Source: Bacillota bacterium (GTDB lineage: Bacteria; Bacillota_I; Bacilli_A; RFN20; CAG-826). From it: a stretch of DNA of 64,000 bases. The stretch covers positions 22,282-86,281 of the forward strand of contig JAUNOH010000005.1 in the NCBI GenBank assembly GCA_030537155.1, given 5' to 3'. This document shows, one piece after another, positions 17,535-25,095 of this stretch. The position numbers were made by a program, and so were the translations under genes. Positions within the stretch are counted from its first letter, which is position 1. Every line of letters begins with the position of its first letter. The notes under the pieces are model-generated. The model saw nothing but the letters and a program-made list of their open reading frames with translations. It was not told the origin of the DNA and did not search any database.

Positions 17535-17998
17535 AGATATTCAGGGTGATTATCGCACTCATTTTCAGCATTTGAAATTGTAAAAAATCAAGCACGCTTA
17601 AGCGTGTGTCGCAAAAATCCTCAATATTTGCCGTTATTCAACCTTCGTCGCGTATCATAAGTATTCATTCGCGCATTTGTGTCGCATATTTCTTGTTCAT
17701 TATGAAGTTTTTAAAGTTACGTGTTCCTTGGGTCGCTGAAAACACCCCACCCCTACCGTTTACGAATTACGCAATCTTTCGGATTTCTCCTCAAAAGCTT
17801 TACGCCAATCGAATAAATTCATGATTTGAAGAATTTGGCTATGAATGGAGCCGAATTTTTGTACACGAGTCGTTCAAGAATTGAAAATAATCATGATTAA
17901 CACTTGGTTTTATTGCTTTTATGTCGCTCATAAAAGTAGAATTCCCGTGTCATTTCATCTGAATTGGGCGAGCCCATTCATTTAGCTTGGGGGGACAA

Positions 17999-19015
17999 AT
18001 GGTTAAAAGGAATAATCTCCTGGATATATTCAAACTGATTTTGGCCGTCGGGGTCATCTTCGTCCATTTTCCCTTCGAGGGGCCTATCGGTAACTTCTTC
18101 GCCTCCATCGGCACCACCGGGGTAATCGTCTTTTTCCTCATAAGCGGATATTCCTGCTATAAAGGCGAAAACACCGACAATTCGCCGACGATTCTAAGGA
18201 GAACGCGCCGGATTTTAAACCTGACTTTAGTGTCTGTGCTCATCTATCTGATATTCACGATCATCGAAAAGGCAACCTTAGGCACCATCGCCGAATGGGC
18301 AAGCACCTACTTCACCAATCCCCTCTTCTATTTGAGGCTCATCGTCTTGGGTGACTTTGAGTTCATCCATGGGGACCACCTCTGGTTCTTGCTGGCTTTG
18401 CTATATGGCTACCTGATCATGTATCTGGTCGAAAAGAAGAGGCTTAGAAAACCCTTGGCCATCGCCCTGCCCTTCCTGATATTGCTCCGGATTGGGATGG
18501 AGACCTACACCAATTCCTTCGGGGCTGACTGGCATTTATCCGGGAACGTTTTGGTCGGGGCCCTCCCGATGCTGGCTTTGGGCTACTTCATCCACGCGAA
18601 GGAAGAAAGCTTGCTTAAAATCGAAGGCCGTTACTGGATATCCGCCCTGATCCTCTCCTACATCCTCATGTACTACGCGGTCAATAACAAAGCCTTTGGC
18701 CTCGACATCTCCCAGATCTTCAAGGTGTCCACCGCCGCTTTGTCTTTCCTTTGTTGCCTCTCCTACCCCACCCTCATCAAAGACAACCTCATAGCCGCCT
18801 TTGGCCGCTGGGGCTCTTTATATATCTATGTCTTCCATTACCTGATCGGGGTGCTTTTAAAAGACATCTTCATGGCCAATGGGATCACGGGAGATTTCTA
18901 CTCCACCCACTTCCCCTGGATCGTCGTGGGGGTGAGCTTATTATTCGCCGCCTTATTGGCCTTAGCCGAGACGAGGCTATTGCCCAAGTTGAAACATAAA
19001 GCGAACAAGGCATAA
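17999..19015 (+). CDS. acyltransferase family 3 membrane protein
   Basis: ~10-TM protein starting MVKRNNLLDIFKLILAVGVIFVHF, typical of the Acyl_transf_3 N-terminus. The ATG is at 17999. Confidence 0.75.
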   Translation: MVKRNNLLDIFKLILAVGVIFVHFPFEGPIGNFFASIGTTGVIVFFLISGYSCYKGENTDNSPTILRRTRRILNLTLVSVLIYLIFTIIEKATLGTIAEWASTYFTNPLFYLRLIVLGDFEFIHGDHLWFLLALLYGYLIMYLVEKKRLRKPLAIALPFLILLRIGMETYTNSFGADWHLSGNVLVGALPMLALGYFIHAKEESLLKIEGRYWISALILSYILMYYAVNNKAFGLDISQIFKVSTAALSFLCCLSYPTLIKDNLIAAFGRWGSLYIYVFHYLIGVLLKDIFMANGITGDFYSTHFPWIVVGVSLLFAALLALAETRLLPKLKHKANKA

Positions 19016-19109
19016 AGGGATTCACATTCCGATTTCACATCGGTGAATCCATCATTCACGAGAGTTACTCCCTATGCTTTGCTAACATAGCCTCAGGAGG
19101 GATGACGCC

Positions 19110-19724
19110 ATGAATTTCCCCTACAAGCTAAAAGAATTAAGAAAGCAGAAGAACCTCACGCAGGAGGAACTTGCCAAGGAGATCTTCGTCTCGAGGACCC
19201 TGATCAGCAAATACGAGAACGGGGCCGCCTACCCCACCAGGGAGACGATCGAAAAGCTCGCCCTCTTCTTTGGCGTCAAGATATCCGATTTAGTCGATGA
19301 GGATGACACGGCCACCCTGGCGTTGAGGCAGTTGGATACCATCCATAAGCTAAACCTCGTCCTCCAGATCGTGATCATACTCATCACCCTGAGTGCGGCC
19401 ATCCTGAGCTTTCTTCCCATCGTGCAGGGCTCCTATTACGACTATGCGAATTATCAATATGCCCCGGGCACCTCGCCAGATAGGGTCCCCTTTACCATCA
19501 GCCCCCTGGCGATCACCTTAATCAGGAACGGAAACCCCATCGTCCTGATCGGGATGATCAGCTGCTTTGCTAATTCGGCTTTGGCCGGATTCTCGCTCCG
19601 GTTTAGGGACAACGTCTGGCTCCGCTTCATCTCCTATGCCCTATTCGTCGTCAACATCTTCCTCATCTTCTTCTCCATCGTCTTCTGCGCGGGCTACGCG
19701 AGCATGTACATGGGCGATATGTGA
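19110..19724 (+). CDS. XRE-family HTH regulator with a C-terminal multi-TM domain
   Basis: LKELRKQKNLTQEELAKEIFVSRTLISKYENG followed by 3-4 hydrophobic helices. An AGGAGG RBS is present. Confidence 0.8.
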   Translation: MNFPYKLKELRKQKNLTQEELAKEIFVSRTLISKYENGAAYPTRETIEKLALFFGVKISDLVDEDDTATLALRQLDTIHKLNLVLQIVIILITLSAAILSFLPIVQGSYYDYANYQYAPGTSPDRVPFTISPLAITLIRNGNPIVLIGMISCFANSALAGFSLRFRDNVWLRFISYALFVVNIFLIFFSIVFCAGYASMYMGDM

Positions 19725-19776
19725 TTGCTTCCGGAAACAAAAAAGGACCCAGCTCACGCCGGGTCTATTTTTTCAA

Positions 19777-19835
19777 TGGTGGACCAGCTGTCGTACCAGA
19801 CGAACCACCGTCTGTTTTTGAAAAAGCATCGAATA
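19777..19835. repeat. att-like repeat copy C
   Basis: TGGTGGACCAGCTGTCGTACCAGACGAAC...TTTTTGAAAAAGCATCGAATA, about 90 percent identical to 20853-20910 over the first 30 nt. Confidence 0.7.
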
Positions 19836-20024
19836 CATCACGAAATTTACTTATATGTCTATTCGATTGTTTTGGTGTACGGCTGTCTCATGTCCCCATC
19901 ACCAATTCACAGCCTCGAACGTTTCACGCCGTCTGAGAGGGTCTCTGCTTCCGAGGAATAGGCAAAATGTTTATGGCAATAAAAATAGGGCAGAATTTTC
20001 TTCCGCCCCATCCTCTTGAAGACA

Positions 20025-20297
20025 CTATCTATCGTAGATTTCCCTTCGATGGCCGATGGCGATGACGAGGATTATGAGCTTATCGTCTTTGATCTCACAC
20101 ACCATGCGGTAGTCTCCGATTCGGTAACGCCAATAGTCTTTGAGGTTGCCCTTGAGGGCTTTCCCACTAAGTCTAGGGTTCTCGACATTAGTCAAATGCT
20201 TATTGATCCACGACTGGATCATCCTTTTGGTGTAGCCGTCGAACTTAGTGAATTCCTTCGCAGCTTCCTTCGAAAACTCGATCTTATAAAAGGCCAT
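20025..20297 (-). CDS. relE: RelE/ParE-family type II toxin
   Basis: MAFYKIEFSKEAAKEF...YWRYRIGDYRMVCEIKDDKLIILVIAIGHRREIY. The ATG at 20297 overlaps the antitoxin stop by 14 nt. Confidence 0.85.
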   Translation of the reverse strand: MAFYKIEFSKEAAKEFTKFDGYTKRMIQSWINKHLTNVENPRLSGKALKGNLKDYWRYRIGDYRMVCEIKDDKLIILVIAIGHRREIYDR

Positions 20298-20508
20298 TGT
20301 TCTTCTGGACTTCTTCCCAGGAAATGGTCTTTTCCTTACCTTCATCGATAGCGACCATCCTCTCGTCGGCGATGGCTATATCGAATTCGTCTTCAATTGC
20401 CTCGAAATAGACTTTCTTGATGGCTTCGCTGAGGGTCATGCCCTTTAATTGCGCATAGCTTTTTGCAAGTTGCTCTTGCTCTTTGGTCATTCTGATTGAG
20501 ATGCTCAT
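20284..20508 (-). CDS. relB: RelB/DinJ-like ribbon-helix-helix antitoxin
   Basis: MSISIRMTKEQEQLAKSYAQLKGMTLSEAIKK; AGGAGG RBS; located upstream of the RelE gene. Confidence 0.8.
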   Translation of the reverse strand: MSISIRMTKEQEQLAKSYAQLKGMTLSEAIKKVYFEAIEDEFDIAIADERMVAIDEGKEKTISWEEVQKNNGLL

Positions 20509-20690
20509 TTAGACGGTCCTCCTATCTGTATCACATTGTATTACATCATTTCGCGTTTTCCAATGCCCTAGGCAAAAGTTAATTGATTCTTTCAGTTTAA
20601 ACTCTCCTCAGCAACTCATAAGACGTTCCCTTTTGTTTGCCTAGGATTTAGATTGCATATCAAAAACCGCCAAGGCCTCAATCCTTGGCG

Positions 20691-20852
20691 GTCTTTATTA
20701 GTTCGGGCCACGTACCATCAGAGATACTTTTCCAGAACAGCTCGATCTCCCCCTTTTTTTCGAAAATCTCTCGACAAGGGCCTTAGTATTAAAAGCGACC
20801 CACGACTACGTATCTATGAACGTAGAATTCCGGGGTCGCCTACTGATACAAA
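20691..20852 (-). pseudogene. degenerate second copy of the tRNA-proximal short ORF plus its terminator
   Basis: The minus strand reads ...FEKKGEIELFWKSISDGTWPELIKTAKD*, compared with ...FSKKGEIEKFWKSLSDGTWRELIKADKD* in the copy at 22853. In-frame stops lie upstream. The terminator hairpin ACCGCCAAGG/CCTTGGCGGT is at 20666-20692. Confidence 0.55.
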
Positions 20853-20910
20853 TGGTGGACCAGATGTCGTACTAGACGAACTCGATATTTATTTTGAAAA
20901 AGCATCGAAT
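20853..20910. repeat. att-like repeat copy B
   Basis: TGGTGGACCAGATGTCGTACTAGACGAAC...TTTTGAAAAAGCATCGAAT. Confidence 0.7.
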
Positions 20911-21133
20911 TCAACACATAATTTTGAATACCTAGTTGCTTATCTATTTGGAAAAGTCGCACCTTCATATGCCGACAATTGAACTCACCGGAAAGATTTA
21001 GCCTCACATATACGATGCTGATAAGCATGTCAAAATACATATATATGACTGCAACCGATAAATGACGTTTAAGGGGCAAGAAAATTGAGTATTTTGTAAG
21101 TTTATGCCCCTTAACTTGCATTTAACGTATAAT

Positions 21134-22468
21134 TCATTTGATCACCTTCCACCTACCCATCTTTTTGGACCCCACCCTTATGATGAGGCCTTTTTTCTGC
21201 AAACTGGCAAGCGCTCTTTCGACGGTTCTCAGACTTTTCCCGGTTTCCTGGGATAGCGAAATTGAGGTATGGCTCGGATTCGACAAAAGCAAACCGATAA
21301 TCTCGTTTTCTGTATCGCTGAGATTTAAGCCGCCGCTTAAACCATCGTTTAGACCAACGCTTAGACCGAAATTCTGCTTTTCCAGAACAGCCTTATTAAA
21401 CGGGATAATGACATTTATATAGGAATCTGTGATCTCGAAAGCGCCTTCCCCGTATTCCGAAACTATCACCGGGACGCCGTGACCTGTATGCTCAACTATC
21501 CCCATATCGAGGAAGATCCTCATTAGCTTTTCGTTTCTCGGCCTGCTTATACCTTTGAAAAATTGCTCTTTGGTTTGATTATGCGGGAGACCCCCATGCG
21601 AGAGAATTTCTATCCTATCCGAGAAAAAAGAAACCAGCGGTTCGGTTATGCTCCAATCATTATGCACCAGCGCATTAACAACAGCCTCATTGACGGCATC
21701 AAAATTGAAAAGATATATGTCTTTCCTAGGCCTTACGGTTGTGTCCGTGACACATATATTCTCAGCAGAAATCCTGTTCATCAGCTGTTCATAGGCAAAC
21801 AGCAGACATTGATTCCCGTAGTCGCTTCTCTGAGAAATCGAAACCTTGTCGGTTCCTTTGAATTTCACAAAGATCAAAGGAATCGTATTTCTATCAGACA
21901 TCAACTCGGCGAGTTTGTTGTATTCACCATCCGCGTTCCTTAAAAACAGATTCGTCTCAAAGGAATTGTCATTCAAATGAAAGCCTTTCTCAGAATAATA
22001 GATCTTCAATGTTTTAAAAGATATCAAACCGTAACTAGTGGGAGAACTCACCAAAATGTCGTTATTGAAGAAACGCTTTTCATAGCGAACCCTGATTTGC
22101 TCTTGGGTCATTTCGCGGCAGGTCGTACCAACTCTTATGGAGCAGCCTGTCGACGAAAAACCATATTTCTTTTGACAATAAATCGGACTGCTTCCTTTTT
22201 TAATAGCCACATTGACTATCGTTTTCCCTTCGTTATAGATAAGTTCCGTTTTTACGATATCCTGGGGATTCGGTTCGATTTGATTGGTTATCACATCGGC
22301 AAGATCTCTGCACACTTGATCAACATCATCGACCCCGACGATTTCCCCATCGTCTTTTACACCGATATAGATGTTTCCTCCTTCGGCGTTTAGAAATGAG
22401 ACTATCTCTTTGCAAATGGTGTTTGAATATTTCTGCTTGAGTTCCACTAGATTAGATTCGATTAACAT
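21134..22468 (-). CDS. AlbA_2 (Schlafen-type) domain ATP-binding protein with a C-terminal wHTH
   Basis: ESNLVELKQKYSNTICKEIVSFLNAEGGNIYIGVKDDGEIVGV (AlbA_2 signature), HTGHGVPVIV (HATPase_c_4-like), and the terminal RTVERALASLQKKGLIIRVG. Confidence 0.75.
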   Translation of the reverse strand: MLIESNLVELKQKYSNTICKEIVSFLNAEGGNIYIGVKDDGEIVGVDDVDQVCRDLADVITNQIEPNPQDIVKTELIYNEGKTIVNVAIKKGSSPIYCQKKYGFSSTGCSIRVGTTCREMTQEQIRVRYEKRFFNNDILVSSPTSYGLISFKTLKIYYSEKGFHLNDNSFETNLFLRNADGEYNKLAELMSDRNTIPLIFVKFKGTDKVSISQRSDYGNQCLLFAYEQLMNRISAENICVTDTTVRPRKDIYLFNFDAVNEAVVNALVHNDWSITEPLVSFFSDRIEILSHGGLPHNQTKEQFFKGISRPRNEKLMRIFLDMGIVEHTGHGVPVIVSEYGEGAFEITDSYINVIIPFNKAVLEKQNFGLSVGLNDGLSGGLNLSDTENEIIGLLLSNPSHTSISLSQETGKSLRTVERALASLQKKGLIIRVGSKKMGRWKVIK

Positions 22469-22504
22469 ATATTAATTCTCCTATCTACACGATAATTGTA
22501 CTTT

Positions 22505-22598
22505 AATCCGTCACAGAATGCAATTTATACCGTCATAAACCGTCATTAAAACCGCCAAATGTCGATTAGAGCGTTTTAAACCGCCATAAAACCGCTAT
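22505..22598. repeat. iteron-like array of six A(A/T)ACCG(T/C)CA motifs upstream of the AlbA_2 gene
   Basis: The CCG cores are at 22508, 22530, 22540, 22552, 22581 and 22592, with spacings of 22, 10, 12, 29 and 11 bp. All copies are in the same orientation. Confidence 0.6.
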
Positions 22599-22852
22599 TG
22601 GGCATAAGCCGGCCAGAATATTTCATGCCAAGGTTATAGATATGAATGCCTAGTATAGTTTCTTCAATGGTTTAACGATCATGGACTCTATATATTCAAA
22701 GTCTTTTGAAGGCAATCACGGCCAAAAAACAGTTTTAGGAGCAAAAAAATAAATGAAATCGGTTTAGCCGTGTCCGATGCTTGGCCGATTATATTTGATC
22801 GAAATGAAACGTAACAATAGGGGTGGAAAAGAAAAAGGCTGACAGGGACCTT

Positions 22853-23026
22853 TCAGTCCTTGTCAGCCTTTATTAGTTCTCGCCACGTCCCATCACTGAG
22901 ACTTTTCCAGAACTTTTCGATCTCACCTTTTTTCGAGAATCTTTCGATGAGAGCAGTATTATCGAAGGCTATCCCTACTGTGTATCTATCTACATAGACA
23001 AACTGGGGTTCGCCTGGATGAACAAT
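22853..23026 (-). other. short ORF or gene 3' fragment directly downstream of tRNA-Phe, with terminator
   Basis: The track ORF 22853..23059 begins inside the tRNA. The conserved part is ...RYTVGIAFDNTALIERFSKKGEIEKFWKSLSDGTWRELIKADKD*. A 14-bp-stem hairpin plus T-run lies at 22826-22870. Confidence 0.35.
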
Positions 23027-23102
23027 TGGTGGTCCAAGGGGGAGTTGAACCCCCGACACGTGGATTTTCAGTCCACTGCTCTACCAGCTGAGCTACCGGA
23101 CC
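23027..23102 (-). tRNA. tRNA-Phe (GAA), CCA encoded
   Basis: The reverse complement GGTCCGGTAGCTCAGCTGGTAGAGCAGTGGACTGAAAATCCACGTGTCGGGGGTTCAACTCCCCCTTGGACCACCA folds as a cloverleaf with anticodon loop CTGAAAA. Confidence 0.95.
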
Positions 23103-23109
23103 ACACGCT

Positions 23110-23186
23110 TGGCGGATCGTACGGGATTCGAACCCGTGATCTTCTCCGTGACAGGGAGACATGTTGGACCACTACACCAACGATCC
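23110..23186 (-). tRNA. tRNA-Asp (GTC), CCA encoded
   Basis: The reverse complement is GGATCGTTGGTGTAGTGGTCCAACATGTCTCCCTGTCACGGAGAAGATCACGGGTTCGAATCCCGTACGATCCGCCA. The anticodon stem-loop is TCTCC-CTGTCAC-GGAGA. Confidence 0.95.
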
Positions 23187-23331
23187 ATGGCTTAAGCGCC
23201 CTAATATTATCCATAGGAGACCTAGCAATTGCAAGAAGCAGAAAATAGCCTTTTTTCCTTATGGAAAGCCATGATTTAGCCGATTACACGGCTCGACCCA
23301 AAACGGGGCATGATGTTATCATCATAGCAAC

Positions 23332-24285
23332 ATGAGGAAATCGATCATCAGCCTATTGGGCGCCGGCACTTTGGTGGTGGCCGGGGTCATTTTCACGGGC
23401 TTTGGCTTCCTCAATTTCTCCTCCGCCTACCCCGAGGAGGGCGAATACTCCTCCTGGCTATCTAAAATCGACGACTCCACCAAGATAAACTCATTGATGA
23501 TCCCCGGTTCCCACGACTCCGGGGCCCTATATTCGATCGCCGAGCTAAGTGGTAAATGCCAGGATCTCGATATCGCCGGCCAATTAAACGTCGGGGTCCG
23601 CTTCTTCGACTTGAGGCTGCAGCTATATAACAACGAACTGAAGGTCATCCACGGGGTGGTCGACGAGAGTCTGCTATTTCAGGATGTCCTCTCCTCCTTC
23701 TCCTCCTTTTTAAAGGAGCACCCCGAGGAATTCCTATTGGTCTCCATCAAGATGGAGGATGAATCGGTCAATTCAAAACTTAGCTTTGAGGATGCCCTAT
23801 TGGGGGAGATATCCTCCGGGGCCGCTTCGATTTGGAGTAGCTCCACCATTCTCCCCGAGACGGTCGGAGAGGCCCGTGGCTATATCCATCAACTATCGCG
23901 TTATGCGGACAGCTCGATTGGGCTAGCATCCTACGATGGGTGGCAAGATCCCGATGGTGCTGAGGAAAGCAATAGCTTTGAGCTCGGTGATTACCTCTAC
24001 GTCCAGGACCATTACCGGCTCACCGACGCCTCCGATAAGCAAGATGAGATCCTATCGACCATGGCCCATAGCCAAGATGACGATTCGAGGCTCCACCTCA
24101 ATTTCCTCTCGGGGTATCTCACCTCATCATTCCCGCCAAGCTACGCCCCATCGATCGCCAAGACCATCAACCCCTGGTTCATCTCCCTGCTGGAAGATGG
24201 AAAGCAGGCGCCGGGCGTCTATATCGCCGATTTCGTGGCCTCAGATATGTGCGAAGCCATCATAGGGGGCAATTATGTGGCTTAG
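23332..24285 (+). CDS. secreted/anchored PI-PLC X-domain phospholipase C-like protein
   Basis: N-terminal TM segment, then LMIPGSHDSGA, VRFFDLRL and LKVIHG motifs of the PI-PLC X domain. Confidence 0.75.
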   Translation: MRKSIISLLGAGTLVVAGVIFTGFGFLNFSSAYPEEGEYSSWLSKIDDSTKINSLMIPGSHDSGALYSIAELSGKCQDLDIAGQLNVGVRFFDLRLQLYNNELKVIHGVVDESLLFQDVLSSFSSFLKEHPEEFLLVSIKMEDESVNSKLSFEDALLGEISSGAASIWSSSTILPETVGEARGYIHQLSRYADSSIGLASYDGWQDPDGAEESNSFELGDYLYVQDHYRLTDASDKQDEILSTMAHSQDDDSRLHLNFLSGYLTSSFPPSYAPSIAKTINPWFISLLEDGKQAPGVYIADFVASDMCEAIIGGNYVA

Positions 24286-24688
24286 GATCGAGAAGATAAT
24301 AAAGACCGTAACGGCCTGCTTATCCATCCTCCTCTATTCCCTTTTCGCCGTTTTGGAGGCCATCCAATTATCGCAGGGCATCTATACCCTCTTCGAGAAT
24401 CCGGGAACTGGGTTTTCGCTGTATTTCTTCCGCCTATTGGCCTGCCTAGTCGGGTTAACCTGCGGGTCTTTATCCATCTGGGCGAGTCTAGGCAAAAGGG
24501 CAATCTTTCCCCTCCTCAACCCGATATTTATGGGATATTGCTTCCTGTTATCGTTATTAATCTGCGTCCAGGGGGCGCCTTTATTCGGATTATCCAACGG
24601 CTCTTTCTTAATCGCCTTCCCAGTCGTGGCCGGGATTGGGCTTGTACTATCTCTATATCGGCTATACGAAGAAAAGAATAGGATTTAG
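24275..24688 (+). CDS. hypothetical 4-TM membrane protein
   Basis: 137-aa hydrophobic ORF overlapping the PI-PLC stop. Confidence 0.5.
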   Translation: MWLRIEKIIKTVTACLSILLYSLFAVLEAIQLSQGIYTLFENPGTGFSLYFFRLLACLVGLTCGSLSIWASLGKRAIFPLLNPIFMGYCFLLSLLICVQGAPLFGLSNGSFLIAFPVVAGIGLVLSLYRLYEEKNRI

Positions 24689-25095
24689 GAAAAGCTCAAC
24701 CTCTCAACGGGCTGGCTATTCCAATGAAACAGTTTCCAGATTAGTTTTATTGGTAAAACATAGCCGAGCAAAAAGCTGATGTCCTTATATTTTCAGATTA
24801 ATAAATACCGTAAATTTTACGACGATACGTAAAAATTATGGTAAAGGGGCATTCGTGTATGCGTCCGTCTTGGCAAAAGGAAGAACATTTTAATCCGGCA
24901 GGTGGGCCCACAAAGCACTTTGACGAGTTTTGCTGCCGCTGTGGGGATACTCCCGACTTTGCTGCAAGGTCCCTTAATTCAGCTGTATACGATATGAAGA
25001 CAACTCAACGCGCTCTTCTTCGGTTCGCCCGAACGAGCGACGGTCAAAGCGCCCCATACTTATTTATAGCTTCCATAGGTTCGGCGACTTATGAT

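Larger units (their letters stand above)
19777..23036 (-). mobile_element. decayed tandem integrated islets at the tRNA-Phe 3' end (no integrase left)
   Basis: TGGTGG(A/T)CCA, the complement of the tRNA-Phe 3' end, recurs at 19777, 20853 and 23027. The ~190 bp next to the tRNA (22853-23036) is duplicated in degenerate form at 20691-20862. The element-side flank TTTTGAAAAAGCATCGAAT is shared at 19816 and 20892. Confidence 0.5.

Noticed and set aside
17606-17824. A 72-aa ORF in the AT-rich region upstream of the Hint operon.
   Set aside because: It has no RBS and a hydrophobic, low-complexity translation. The region is better explained as the promoter and operator DNA for the divergent operon and acyltransferase genes.
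19777-19806. tRNA-like fragments (TGGTGGACCAG...GACGAAC at 19777 and 20853) considered as extra tRNA genes or pseudo-tRNAs.
   Set aside because: Only ~11 nt match the tRNA-Phe acceptor/CCA end. No T-loop (TTCRANY) or cloverleaf can be drawn. They are interpreted as att-core duplications.
20653-21121. ORFs 20653..20982 (+) and 20840..21121 (-) in the islet junction.
   Set aside because: They run across the terminator hairpin, the degenerate ORF copy and the att-like repeat. The translations are low-quality, so these are most likely non-coding junction DNA.
22505-22598. The repeat array considered as a CRISPR array.
   Set aside because: The repeat units are only ~9-10 nt, spacing is irregular (10-29 bp), there are no spacer-sized unique segments, and no cas genes are in the window.
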